A program made the translations under genes and the position numbers. Below, piece by piece: positions 36,639 through 45,081 of a stretch of DNA of 64,000 nucleotides. The notes below the pieces were generated by a model that did not search any database, was not told the DNA's origin, and was given only the letters and a program-made list of their open reading frames with translations. Source of the DNA: an uncultured bacterium (lineage in GTDB: Bacteria > Actinomycetota > Acidimicrobiia > Spongiisociales > UBA5794); contig CAWDDT010000003.1 of NCBI GenBank assembly GCA_963801165.1, positions 64,001 through 128,000 of the forward strand, read 5' to 3'. Position 1 is the stretch's first letter. The number at the start of each line of letters is the position of its first letter.

Positions 36639-37562
36639 CTACTGTCTTGCCGGAGCCGCAGCGGGATCCTGCGGCATCGGGATTCCGTACGGCTGCAGAA
36701 CACGACCGAGTCGGGTATCGAACTCAGCTGCGATGCTCTCGGCATCCCAGCCGCCTGTTCGCAGTGCCACCTCGGCTTCCACAGGATAAGTCCACACGGC
36801 GAGCCGGTCACCACCGAGTCCGATGGTCTGCCCCGTTACCGCCGCACTGGCGTCCGACGCCAGGAAGACGATGATCGGTGCCACCTCCTCCGGCGTCCCG
36901 ATCGCCTGTTCCCGGCGCATCCAATCGGGTAGCGGTGTTCCGTTCTCCATAGCCTCGATGTGCGCCGCAAACGCGGGAATGGTCTTCGTCATCTCTGTCG
37001 CCGCCGTCGGGACGATGCAGTTGACCGTGACTCCCGCTCGGGCGAGCTCCATAGCCCAGGTGCGCGCAAACGCGGTGATCCCTGCCTTGCACGCCGCGTA
37101 GTTGGTCTGTCCGAAGTTGCCGCGCTGGCCCGCAGGCGACCCCACCAGGATGAGACGCCCACCGTGGCCGGCTTCGCGAAAGTACGTCGCTGCGCTCCTA
37201 GCGCACGTGAAGGTCCCGCGCAGGTGGACCGTGACAACCGCATCGAACTCCTCGTCGGTCATTTTCCACAAGGTCCGGTCGCGCAGTATGCCTGCGTTGG
37301 TGACCATCACGTCAAGCCGGTCGAACCGGTCAACCGCCGTCGCCACCAGTTCGTCGGCTACGTCAGCAGTACCCACGGCGCCGACATGGGGGACCGCGGT
37401 ACCACCTGCGTCCGTGATCGATTCGACCGCAGCACTCGCCGATGACTCGTCCACGTCATTGACCACGACCGACGCCCCTGCCGCTGCGAGCGCTCGAGCA
37501 TATGCCAGCCCGAGGCCGCGTCCGGCTCCGGTCACGATCGCGACCTTGCCCGTCACATCCAT
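36639..37562 (-). CDS. SDR 3-hydroxyacyl-CoA dehydrogenase (CouN-like)
   Basis: TGAGRGLG, NAGILRD, GNFGQTNYAACK. Confidence 0.92.
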   Translation of the reverse strand: MDVTGKVAIVTGAGRGLGLAYARALAAAGASVVVNDVDESSASAAVESITDAGGTAVPHVGAVGTADVADELVATAVDRFDRLDVMVTNAGILRDRTLWKMTDEEFDAVVTVHLRGTFTCARSAATYFREAGHGGRLILVGSPAGQRGNFGQTNYAACKAGITAFARTWAMELARAGVTVNCIVPTAATEMTKTIPAFAAHIEAMENGTPLPDWMRREQAIGTPEEVAPIIVFLASDASAAVTGQTIGLGGDRLAVWTYPVEAEVALRTGGWDAESIAAEFDTRLGRVLQPYGIPMPQDPAAAPARQ

Positions 37563-37579
37563 ACTTCCTCCCGCCTAAT

Positions 37580-37596
37580 AGTAAGGTTACTTTACA
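37580..37596. promoter_or_regulatory. Putative MarR operator, degenerate copy 5
   Basis: AGTAAGGTTACTTTACA, about 17 nt upstream of the SDR start. Confidence 0.45.
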
Positions 37597-37650
37597 TTGG
37601 TTTCATGAGCCCTACGTCTGCAATGCGGCTCGCGCACTAGCCTACGGTGA

Positions 37651-37667
37651 TATCAGGGGGCCTGATG
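37651..37667. promoter_or_regulatory. Putative MarR operator, copy 6
   Basis: TATCAGGGGGCCTGATG upstream of the LLM gene. Confidence 0.7.
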
Positions 37668-37713
37668 CTTGCAAGGATCCGTGGGAGCGGTCGCCCACGG
37701 TCATGGAGGGACG

Positions 37714-38575
37714 ATGACAGCAGACACACCCAAGCCACCGCGGCACGCGATCAAGACACCGCCGCAACATACGACCTGGGCGGACATGTTGTCCGTCTGG
37801 CAGGAGACGGACCAGATCGGGACTTTCGAGTCGGCCTGGAACTGGGACCATTTCTACCCGCTCGCTCCACCGTACGACGGTCCCAATCTCGAGGGATGGA
37901 CGACGTTGGCGGCCCTGGCCCAGGCGACGAGCCGGATCCGTATCGGAACGATGGTCAACGGAATGCACCACAGGCACCCGGCCGTCACCGCCAACATGGT
38001 GGCCACCCTCGACCACATCGCGGGAGGCCGGTTGGAATTCGGCATAGGAGCGGGCTGGAACACGATGGAGTCGGACGCTTACGGGATTCCGCTGGGGACA
38101 CCCGAGGGAGCGGTCCGATCGATTCGAGGAAGGGGTCGAGGTGATCGTCTCGCTTCTAGAGGGGAAGACGACCAGCTTCACAGGCGAGTACTACCGACTG
38201 ACCGATGCGCGCTGCGAGCCCAAACCGCTCCAGGACCACGTCTCTATCGTGATCGGCGGCAGGGGAAGGCTCAGGACGTTGCGCACAACGGCCCGATTCG
38301 CAGATCAATGGGATGCGCTCTTCGGCGAGAGCACAGCCGAATGGGCGAACCTCGACGAAGCTCTGCGGGAGCATTGCGAGGCGGTCGGCAGGGACTCCGC
38401 TGACATCGCCCGGTCGATCCATCTCGCGTTCCCGCCGGACGTGGAGCCTTCACAGCTGGCCGAGAAGGCGAACGAGTTCTTCGCCGCCGGTGTGGACATC
38501 GTGGTCTGGTCCTGGCGAGGGCCGATGGATCCGGCCCGGCTCGAACCGCTGGCGACGGCGATCGAAGAGGCGTGA
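37714..38575 (+). pseudogene. LLM-class (probably F420-dependent) oxidoreductase with a +1 frameshift near 38101-38104
   Basis: N-half (WNWDHFYP, EGWTTLAALAQAT, GRLEFGIGAGW) in one frame; RERSDRFEEGVEVI...EPKPLQ..IVIGG in the next frame; one extra base in aca-ccc-g-agg. Confidence 0.85.
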
Positions 38576-38650
38576 TCATCGGCACCAGCCGCCCGGTAGG
38601 GTGACTGGCGGCGGGTGAGGACGCGCAACGGCAGCCGGGAAGGAGCCCAA

Positions 38651-39724
38651 GTGGCGCCGGGATCGACGAGATGCATGATGATGCGGGGAGGGTCGTCCAA
38701 GGGTCTCTACTTTGTCGGCTCGGATCTTCCCACCGACGCGGCCGAGCGCGACCAGCTTCTCCTCGCCTTCATGGGCACGCCCGATCCGCGCCAGATCGAC
38801 GGGATGGGGGGAGCCCATCCCCTCACCAGCAAGGTGGCCGTTGTCACACCGTGCGGCCATGGCGTGGGCGACCTCGATTACCTGTTCCTCCAAGTCGGGG
38901 TCGACCGGCAGTTGGTGACCGACAAGCAGAACTGCGGCAACATTCTGGCGGGAGTAGCGCCGTTCGCCATCGAGCGCGGCCTGATCACCGCGTCGGGAGA
39001 TACGGCGGAAGTGCGGATTCACATGCTCAACACGGACGGTGTCGCCGTTGCCGGGTTTGCTTGCGAGGACGGGATGCCCCGGTATGCGGGCGACACGGCG
39101 ATCTCCGGGGTCCCCGGAACTGCGGCACCAATCAGGCTGGATTTCGAAGGTATCGCCGGTGGGAGCACCGGCGCCCTGCTGCCCACCGGGAACGTTGTCG
39201 ACCGCATAAACGGGGTGGCCGCGACCCTCATCGACAACGGGATGCCGGTGGTGGTGATGGATGCAGCCGAGTTGGACATCAGTGGCTACGAGTCCTGCGA
39301 GGATCTCGAGTCAAACGAGCGACTGCGGTCCCGTCTGGAGGCGATCCGGTTGGCCGTCGGTCCGATGATGAACCTGGGGGACGTTTCCGAAACGACGGTG
39401 CCCAAGCTCACGATGGTGGCGGCACCCAGGGAAGGCGGCGACCTTTGCACCCGCACCTTCATCCCGCACCGGTGCCACCAGGCAATCGGGGTACTGGGTG
39501 CGGTCTCGGTGGCGACCGCGGCTCTGCTTCCCGGATCACCTGCGGCGGCTCTGCTCGATCACGAAGCCAATAGCGACGTCTACACGCTCGAGCACCCGAC
39601 CGGCACCTTCGACGCCGTCGTCGACGTGGCGCTCGAGGCCGGTATGCCCCTGGTTCGTCGGGCCGGGATCATCCGCACGGCACGCAAGCTGATGGACGGG
39701 TACGTCTTCCCGCGCAGCTATTGA
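38651..39724 (+). CDS. ligU: 4-oxalomesaconate tautomerase (PrpF family)
   Basis: MRGGSSKGLYF, DPRQIDGMGGAHPLTSKVAVV, QNCGNILAGV, TFIPHRCH, RTARKLMDG. Confidence 0.92.
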   Translation: MAPGSTRCMMMRGGSSKGLYFVGSDLPTDAAERDQLLLAFMGTPDPRQIDGMGGAHPLTSKVAVVTPCGHGVGDLDYLFLQVGVDRQLVTDKQNCGNILAGVAPFAIERGLITASGDTAEVRIHMLNTDGVAVAGFACEDGMPRYAGDTAISGVPGTAAPIRLDFEGIAGGSTGALLPTGNVVDRINGVAATLIDNGMPVVVMDAAELDISGYESCEDLESNERLRSRLEAIRLAVGPMMNLGDVSETTVPKLTMVAAPREGGDLCTRTFIPHRCHQAIGVLGAVSVATAALLPGSPAAALLDHEANSDVYTLEHPTGTFDAVVDVALEAGMPLVRRAGIIRTARKLMDGYVFPRSY

Positions 39725-40665
39725 CCGGTGAGTTGCTGCTCGACCTCGTTGAGGACCCGGTAGCAGCCCAGGACCTGAGCGACGGAGGAGTTTGGCTCTC
39801 GGCCCTCGCTGAGGGCCGACAAGAACTCGCGGTCCTGTAGCTCGATACCGTTCATCGAGACGGCGACGTCGGAGACATCGATCGGCTCGTCGTACCCGTT
39901 GACCAGATCGTCGTATCGGGCGATGTAGGTGCCGTTGTCACCGATGTAGCGGAAGAACGTTCCGAGCGGTCCGTCGTTGTTGAAGGACAGCGAGAGGGTG
40001 CAAATGGCGCCGCTCTCGGTCTGCATCTGGATCGACATGTCCATGGCGATCTTCAGCTCGGGATGGTGCGGGCCCTCCATTCCATGCACTGCCACGACTT
40101 TCTCACCCGTCTGGTACTGGAACAGGTCGACCGTGTGCGCCGCGTGGTGCCACAGCAGGTGGTCGGTCCAGGAGCGGGGCTCACCTTTGGCGTTGATGTT
40201 CTGGCGGCGGAAGAAGTAGGTCTGCACGTCCATCTGTTGGATGCTGAGCTCTCCCGCCTGGATCCGTTTGTGGATCCACTGGTGGGAGGGATTGAACCGG
40301 CGGGTGTGGCCCACCATGCAGACCCGCCCGGTCTCCTTCTGGATCCGGTCGACCTCTTGTGCATCTGCCCAGCTGTCGGCAAGAGGTATCTCCACCTCCA
40401 CGTGCTTGCCGGCGCGCATGCACTGAATCGCCTGGGTCGCATGCATCTGGGTCGGGGTGCTGAGGATGGCGGCATCGACCTCGGGGATAGCGAGCGCATC
40501 TCCGAGATCCTCGAACACCAGGTCGATACCGTACCGGGACCCGACTTCGCGCGTCGCGTCCAACGTCCTTCCCACCAGCGCAACGACCTCAACGCCGTCG
40601 ATGTTCTTGATGGCGTCGAGATGCTTGATCCCGAAGGCGCCGGCGCCGGCGAGTATCACTTTCAT
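39718..40665 (-). CDS. ligC: 4-carboxy-2-hydroxymuconate-6-semialdehyde dehydrogenase (Gfo/Idh/MocA)
   Basis: LAGAGAFGIKHLD, GKHVEVEIP, GHTRRFNPSHQ, RSWTDHLLWHHAAHTVDLF. Confidence 0.93.
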   Translation of the reverse strand: MKVILAGAGAFGIKHLDAIKNIDGVEVVALVGRTLDATREVGSRYGIDLVFEDLGDALAIPEVDAAILSTPTQMHATQAIQCMRAGKHVEVEIPLADSWADAQEVDRIQKETGRVCMVGHTRRFNPSHQWIHKRIQAGELSIQQMDVQTYFFRRQNINAKGEPRSWTDHLLWHHAAHTVDLFQYQTGEKVVAVHGMEGPHHPELKIAMDMSIQMQTESGAICTLSLSFNNDGPLGTFFRYIGDNGTYIARYDDLVNGYDEPIDVSDVAVSMNGIELQDREFLSALSEGREPNSSVAQVLGCYRVLNEVEQQLTGQ

Positions 40666-41579
40666 TGGCTCTCCCTTTCGCTGGTTGTCATGGGTGGGCT
40701 CGTCTCCTCCGGCCAGTAGAGCCGGCGCGGGTTGTCGACGAGGAGCTTGTACTGGAGCCCGGTGGTCGCGGCGATGCGGGGGATGAAGTCGACGAGCTTG
40801 CCGTCGTCCGGCATGTGCGTCTTCATGTTCGGGTGCGGCCAATCGGTTCCCCAGAGGACGCGGTTGGGAATGGTCTCGACGACTCGCGCCGCAAACGGGA
40901 CGACGTCGTCGTAGCCGGGCGGCCCGGATCGCGACAGCCGCTCGGGGCAGCTGACCTTGCACCAGATGTGGTCGTTCTGATCGAGGAGCCGCAAGAGGAG
41001 ATCGAACTCCGGGCCGTCGGGGTGGAGAGAGACGTCGGGTCGTCCCATGTGGTCGATGACCACCGGTGTCGGCACGGCCGATATGAAGTCGAACAGTCCT
41101 GGTAGATCGGCGGCGTCGAAGTAGATGACGATATGCCAGCCGAGCCGCTTGATCCGTGCCGCGGTCTCGAGCAGCCGCTCCGGCGGCGGTGGTTCGGCGA
41201 GACGCTTCAGGTAGTTGAAACGGACGCCGCGTACTCCGGACCGGTCCAGCTCCTCCAACTGTGGGTCTGTGACATCCTCCCCTACCACCGCAATCCCGCG
41301 CGCTCTGCCCTCCGAGCTGAGCAGGGCGTCGACCAGGGCCCGGTTGTCGGCCCCGTGGCAGGACGCCTGCACGATCACGTTTCTGGCGAATCCGAGGTGG
41401 TCGCGCAATGCCCACAGCCTCTCCTTGGGCGCATCGGCGGGTGTGTACTTTCGCTCCGGCGCGTACGGGAACTTGTCGCCCGGGCCGAAGACGTGACAGT
41501 GGGCGTCGACCGCACCGTCGGGAAGGGTGAACTCCGGTCGAGAGGGGTTCTGGTGGTAGACGAGCCAGCCCTCATCCAT
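40662..41579 (-). CDS. ligI: 2-pyrone-4,6-dicarboxylate lactonase
   Basis: VDAHCHVFGP, VQASCHGADN, GVRFNYLKRL, DHMGRPD, WGTDWPHPN. Confidence 0.95.
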   Translation of the reverse strand: MDEGWLVYHQNPSRPEFTLPDGAVDAHCHVFGPGDKFPYAPERKYTPADAPKERLWALRDHLGFARNVIVQASCHGADNRALVDALLSSEGRARGIAVVGEDVTDPQLEELDRSGVRGVRFNYLKRLAEPPPPERLLETAARIKRLGWHIVIYFDAADLPGLFDFISAVPTPVVIDHMGRPDVSLHPDGPEFDLLLRLLDQNDHIWCKVSCPERLSRSGPPGYDDVVPFAARVVETIPNRVLWGTDWPHPNMKTHMPDDGKLVDFIPRIAATTGLQYKLLVDNPRRLYWPEETSPPMTTSERESQ

Positions 41580-42474
41580 CGCCGCCACCTTCAGGCTCGA
41601 GGAGGGCGTCGAGCATGTCGCCGAGACCGAGGTCGAGTGCTTCCGCATACTGTGCCGCCCATTGCTGGCGTCCTACCGCCGCCTCACTCATGAGCGGGTC
41701 GAGCCCCGCCCCGGCGACCGTGACCGCCACCTCCCGCATTTCCTGCGCCCGGCGCACACCGTGTTGGAGGCTACGCGAGATCATGTAGTGGGCGGTGGCC
41801 TCCCAGTCGTCGAGCGGCAAGACGTTGCCGAGCGACGCTATGACCTCCTCTTCCACGCCGTAGAACCGCGCCGCAGTCAGCGACTCGACGAGAAGAGCTT
41901 CCATTCCCTTGATGAGCACGCTGCGACACATCTTCACGGCCGATGCCTGTCCCGTGTCGGATGAGAACACGCGGGCTCCGGTGAAGCCCGCGGCAGCAGG
42001 GGACGTCGAGAAGGCACGGGCGTGTGGCCCGCCGAGGAGGATCGGCGTCGTGATGCGCCGCGGCGCGATCGGTGCCATAACCGCTGCCTCGACGAATCGC
42101 CCGCCCCATTCCGCGATGGTCGCTGCCGTCTGACGCCGGGTCCAGGGTGACACGGAGTTCATGTCGAGGTAGAACGATCCCGGACGGAGTGACCCGGCGA
42201 CCGATTGGGCGGCGTTCGTTGCCTCCGACGCGGTGACTACCGAGATCACCAGGTCGGTTTCGCTTGCAGCCTCGGCTGCCGAGGAGCACGCCATGACGCC
42301 AGTACGCAATGCAACGGCGCGGGAGGGAGTGCTCTGGTCGTTTTCGAACAGGAGATCGAACGTTCGCAGCTTGGACCCTGCCATCTCGCCGAGATCGTCG
42401 GCGAGAATCTGACCGACCTCGCCAAAGCCGAGGATGCATATTCCGTCTATGTCACTCCCGCTCTGTCTCACCAC
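41572..42474 (-). CDS. NAD(P)-dependent oxidoreductase, 6PGD/HIBADH-like with DUF1932-type C-terminus
   Basis: LGFGEVG, DMNSVSP, FVEAAVMAPI, ASAVKMCRSVLIKGMEAL, HGVRRAQEMRE. Confidence 0.85.
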   Translation of the reverse strand: MVRQSGSDIDGICILGFGEVGQILADDLGEMAGSKLRTFDLLFENDQSTPSRAVALRTGVMACSSAAEAASETDLVISVVTASEATNAAQSVAGSLRPGSFYLDMNSVSPWTRRQTAATIAEWGGRFVEAAVMAPIAPRRITTPILLGGPHARAFSTSPAAAGFTGARVFSSDTGQASAVKMCRSVLIKGMEALLVESLTAARFYGVEEEVIASLGNVLPLDDWEATAHYMISRSLQHGVRRAQEMREVAVTVAGAGLDPLMSEAAVGRQQWAAQYAEALDLGLGDMLDALLEPEGGGDG

Positions 42475-42949
42475 TTGCGTCCGGGCCTCCTTCGTTGAAT
42501 CGCGCCGGCCTCCCGGCCGTATCCGTGCCTGCCCCGTACCGGCGATCCGCGTCCTCGCAACGCACGTCGAGCGTAGCGTCGCGGCCGTTGGCGCCGCAGG
42601 ACGATCCGTCCCGATTCCGGTACTATCCCGTCGAACTGGCTCGAGTGATCTCAAAGACGCCGTGTTCCGATCGAACCGACGACGAATATTCCTTTTCGAT
42701 GGATCGGTGCCGTGATCGACATCGGCAAAGTCGGAGTGGCACAGGGTATATCGCCGTTCGCAGACCTAATGGAATCGGTCGCTTCGGTGCTGTCGCTCGG
42801 GGTTGCGGATCCTGAACGACGTCCCGTCACACCGCTCGTTGCGGGGAGAAGCACGTCCGGTTGCTGATCGATGGCATCGCTAGTCTTTGATGTAACTGGG
42901 CAGACGGCGGTTGTGAGCGAGGGAGACACACCATGATGAGTAGCGCCTG

Positions 42950-43837
42950 GTGGCCGTTCCAGGGGAACGCCCGGAACAGTGGAGGTTGTCCGGGACGGAG
43001 GTTGAGGTGAGCGTGGAAACGATCAGCAGCATGAGCGAGATGCTGGTCCCGCTTGATGGTCGCGAGGCGAGCCTGCGGTCTGTTCCTGTGGCAGGTCGGA
43101 TAGCCGGGCGTCTCGGTCTGGGTCTCAAGCTATTCGGGGTCTCGGAAGAGCCGGATGCCACCAGGGAGTGGCTGAGGTCCAAAGCGGAGGCTCTTCTCCC
43201 CGGGATCGAGGTCGCAGTCGACGCAGCTGTGGGTGATCCGGCCCATGACATCGTGGCCGAGGCAGGCACCGACACGCTTGTCTGCATGGCGACCGCGGCG
43301 ACGCTGCGCCCACACCACGGGCATGTTGGTTCGGTCGCCGAAGCCGTAGTGCGCGGCGTCGCCAGGCCGGTGATGTTGCTTGGGCCGAGCGCCGACCTCG
43401 ACCCGGGCAATCCCATCGATAGGGTCGTCGTGCCGGTAGACGGTTCCCGTCTCTCCGAGCAGGCGCTCGACGTGGCCGGTGACCTCGCCAGGACTCTCGG
43501 TGTCTCCGTCTGGGTAGTGTCGGTTATCTCGCCCCACGCCGAGGCAACGGCCGGGGACCGGCTGGGGACGGACCCGTTCACACGCGAATCGGGCTATGTG
43601 CGCAGCCTCGCCGATGGTCTCAGGGACAAGTACGGCGGCCCGGCCGAGTTCGAGGTGCTCCACATCAAGGATCCTGCCAAAGCGATCCTCGACTTCACGG
43701 GTCACGACGGCGCCGTCGTCATGAGCACGCACGGGCGGTCCGGGCTGAGCCGCTTGTTCGCAGGCAGCGTTGCGCATGCAGTTGTCGCCGGCTCCAGCCG
43801 GCCCGTTGTCGTCTGCAGGCCATCAGACACGGAGTGA
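42950..43837 (+). CDS. Tandem universal stress protein (USP)
   Basis: LVPLDG / VVPVDGS, GSVAEAVVR, MSTHGRSGLSRLFAGSVA; true start probably 43013-43031. Confidence 0.9.
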   Translation: MAVPGERPEQWRLSGTEVEVSVETISSMSEMLVPLDGREASLRSVPVAGRIAGRLGLGLKLFGVSEEPDATREWLRSKAEALLPGIEVAVDAAVGDPAHDIVAEAGTDTLVCMATAATLRPHHGHVGSVAEAVVRGVARPVMLLGPSADLDPGNPIDRVVVPVDGSRLSEQALDVAGDLARTLGVSVWVVSVISPHAEATAGDRLGTDPFTRESGYVRSLADGLRDKYGGPAEFEVLHIKDPAKAILDFTGHDGAVVMSTHGRSGLSRLFAGSVAHAVVAGSSRPVVVCRPSDTE

Positions 43838-43896
43838 ACGGGGACCCGGTCCCGCCCCCGACGATCCCACAGAAATGCCGTAGCAAGACGCTCGCG

Positions 43897-45066
43897 CTAT
43901 AGCGGGAGCCCCACGTAGTTTTCGGCGAGAGAGGTCTGGGCGGCCGTCGATTCGGAGAGGTATTGGAGCTCGGTGTTCTGGATCTTCTGTCCGATCTCGC
44001 CGTCGTCGGGGAAGCTGTGCATGAGGGTGGTCATCCACCAGGAGAATCGGATCGCCTTCCAAACCCGATCGAGCGCCGTGTCGGAGTATTCATCAAGCAG
44101 TGTGGTGGCGCCCGAGGCGTAGAAATCGATGAGTGCCTGCGACAGGTAGATCACATCGGAGATGGCGAGGTTGAGACCCTTGGCGCCGGTGGGCGGGACG
44201 ATGTGGGCGGCGTCGCCGGCCAGGAAGAGCCGTTTGTGGCTCATCGGCTCGGCTACGAAGCTTCGCAGCGGCGTGATCGACTTCTCGATCGACGGACCGG
44301 TCACCATGGATTCGCCGACGTGGGTGGGAAGTCTTCTCTTCATCTCTTCCCAGAAGCGGTCATCCGGCCACTCCCCGAGATCGGTATCGAGCGGGCACTG
44401 CAGGTAGTAGCGGCTCAGCATCTCGTGGCGCATCGAGCAGAGAGCGAACCCGCGCTCGTGGTTGGCGTAGATCAGCTCGTCGTTGACCGGTGGCGTCTCG
44501 GAAAGGACGCCCAGCCACCCGAACGGATACACCTTCTCGTAGGTGCGGAGCAGGCTTTCGGGTATGTAGCTCCTGCTCACCCCGTGGTACCCGTCACAGC
44601 CGGCGACGAACTCGCAATCGACGCGATGCACTGACCCGTCCTTCTCGTAGGTCACGTACGGCGCCGGGGTGTCGAGGTCGTGCAGAGCCACGTCGGCGGC
44701 ATCGTCAATGACGTTGTCGCTCGCGACCTCACGGGCGTGATAGAGGTCCTTCTGAACCTCGGTCTGGCCGTAGATCATCACGGAGGAATCGACCAGATCT
44801 GCGAAGTCGACACGAAACATCCCGCCGGCGTGGGCGAGGTTGATCCCCTCGTGGACGAACCCCTCTTTGTCCATGCGGTCACCGAGACCGTGGTGTCGCA
44901 AGATGTCGACACTGCCCCGCTCGAGAACCCCTGCGCGGATGCGGCCGAGCACGTATTCCTTGCTCCGGCGCTCGAGAACGACGCTTTCGATCCCTGAGTT
45001 GTCCAGGATGTGAGCGAGGAGTGTTCCCGCTGGCCCACCGCCGATGATTGCTACTCGCGTCCTCAC
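43897..45066 (-). CDS. pobA: 4-hydroxybenzoate 3-monooxygenase
   Basis: IIGGGPAG, RIRAGVLE, GCDGYHGVSR, YPFGWLG, GDAAHIVPPTGAKGLN, AENYVGLP. Confidence 0.96.
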   Translation of the reverse strand: MRTRVAIIGGGPAGTLLAHILDNSGIESVVLERRSKEYVLGRIRAGVLERGSVDILRHHGLGDRMDKEGFVHEGINLAHAGGMFRVDFADLVDSSVMIYGQTEVQKDLYHAREVASDNVIDDAADVALHDLDTPAPYVTYEKDGSVHRVDCEFVAGCDGYHGVSRSYIPESLLRTYEKVYPFGWLGVLSETPPVNDELIYANHERGFALCSMRHEMLSRYYLQCPLDTDLGEWPDDRFWEEMKRRLPTHVGESMVTGPSIEKSITPLRSFVAEPMSHKRLFLAGDAAHIVPPTGAKGLNLAISDVIYLSQALIDFYASGATTLLDEYSDTALDRVWKAIRFSWWMTTLMHSFPDDGEIGQKIQNTELQYLSESTAAQTSLAENYVGLPL

Positions 45067-45081
45067 AGCCGGTCCTCCTCG

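Noticed and set aside
39718-41415. 565-aa ORF suggesting an N-terminally extended or fused LigC
   Set aside because: The extension is an alternative frame of ligI; LigC homology starts at ATG 40665, which has an SD and overlaps the ligI stop
42480-42950. Remnant of ligAB or a regulator in the gap upstream of the DUF1932 gene
   Set aside because: No dioxygenase-like or HTH-like residues in the short ORFs there
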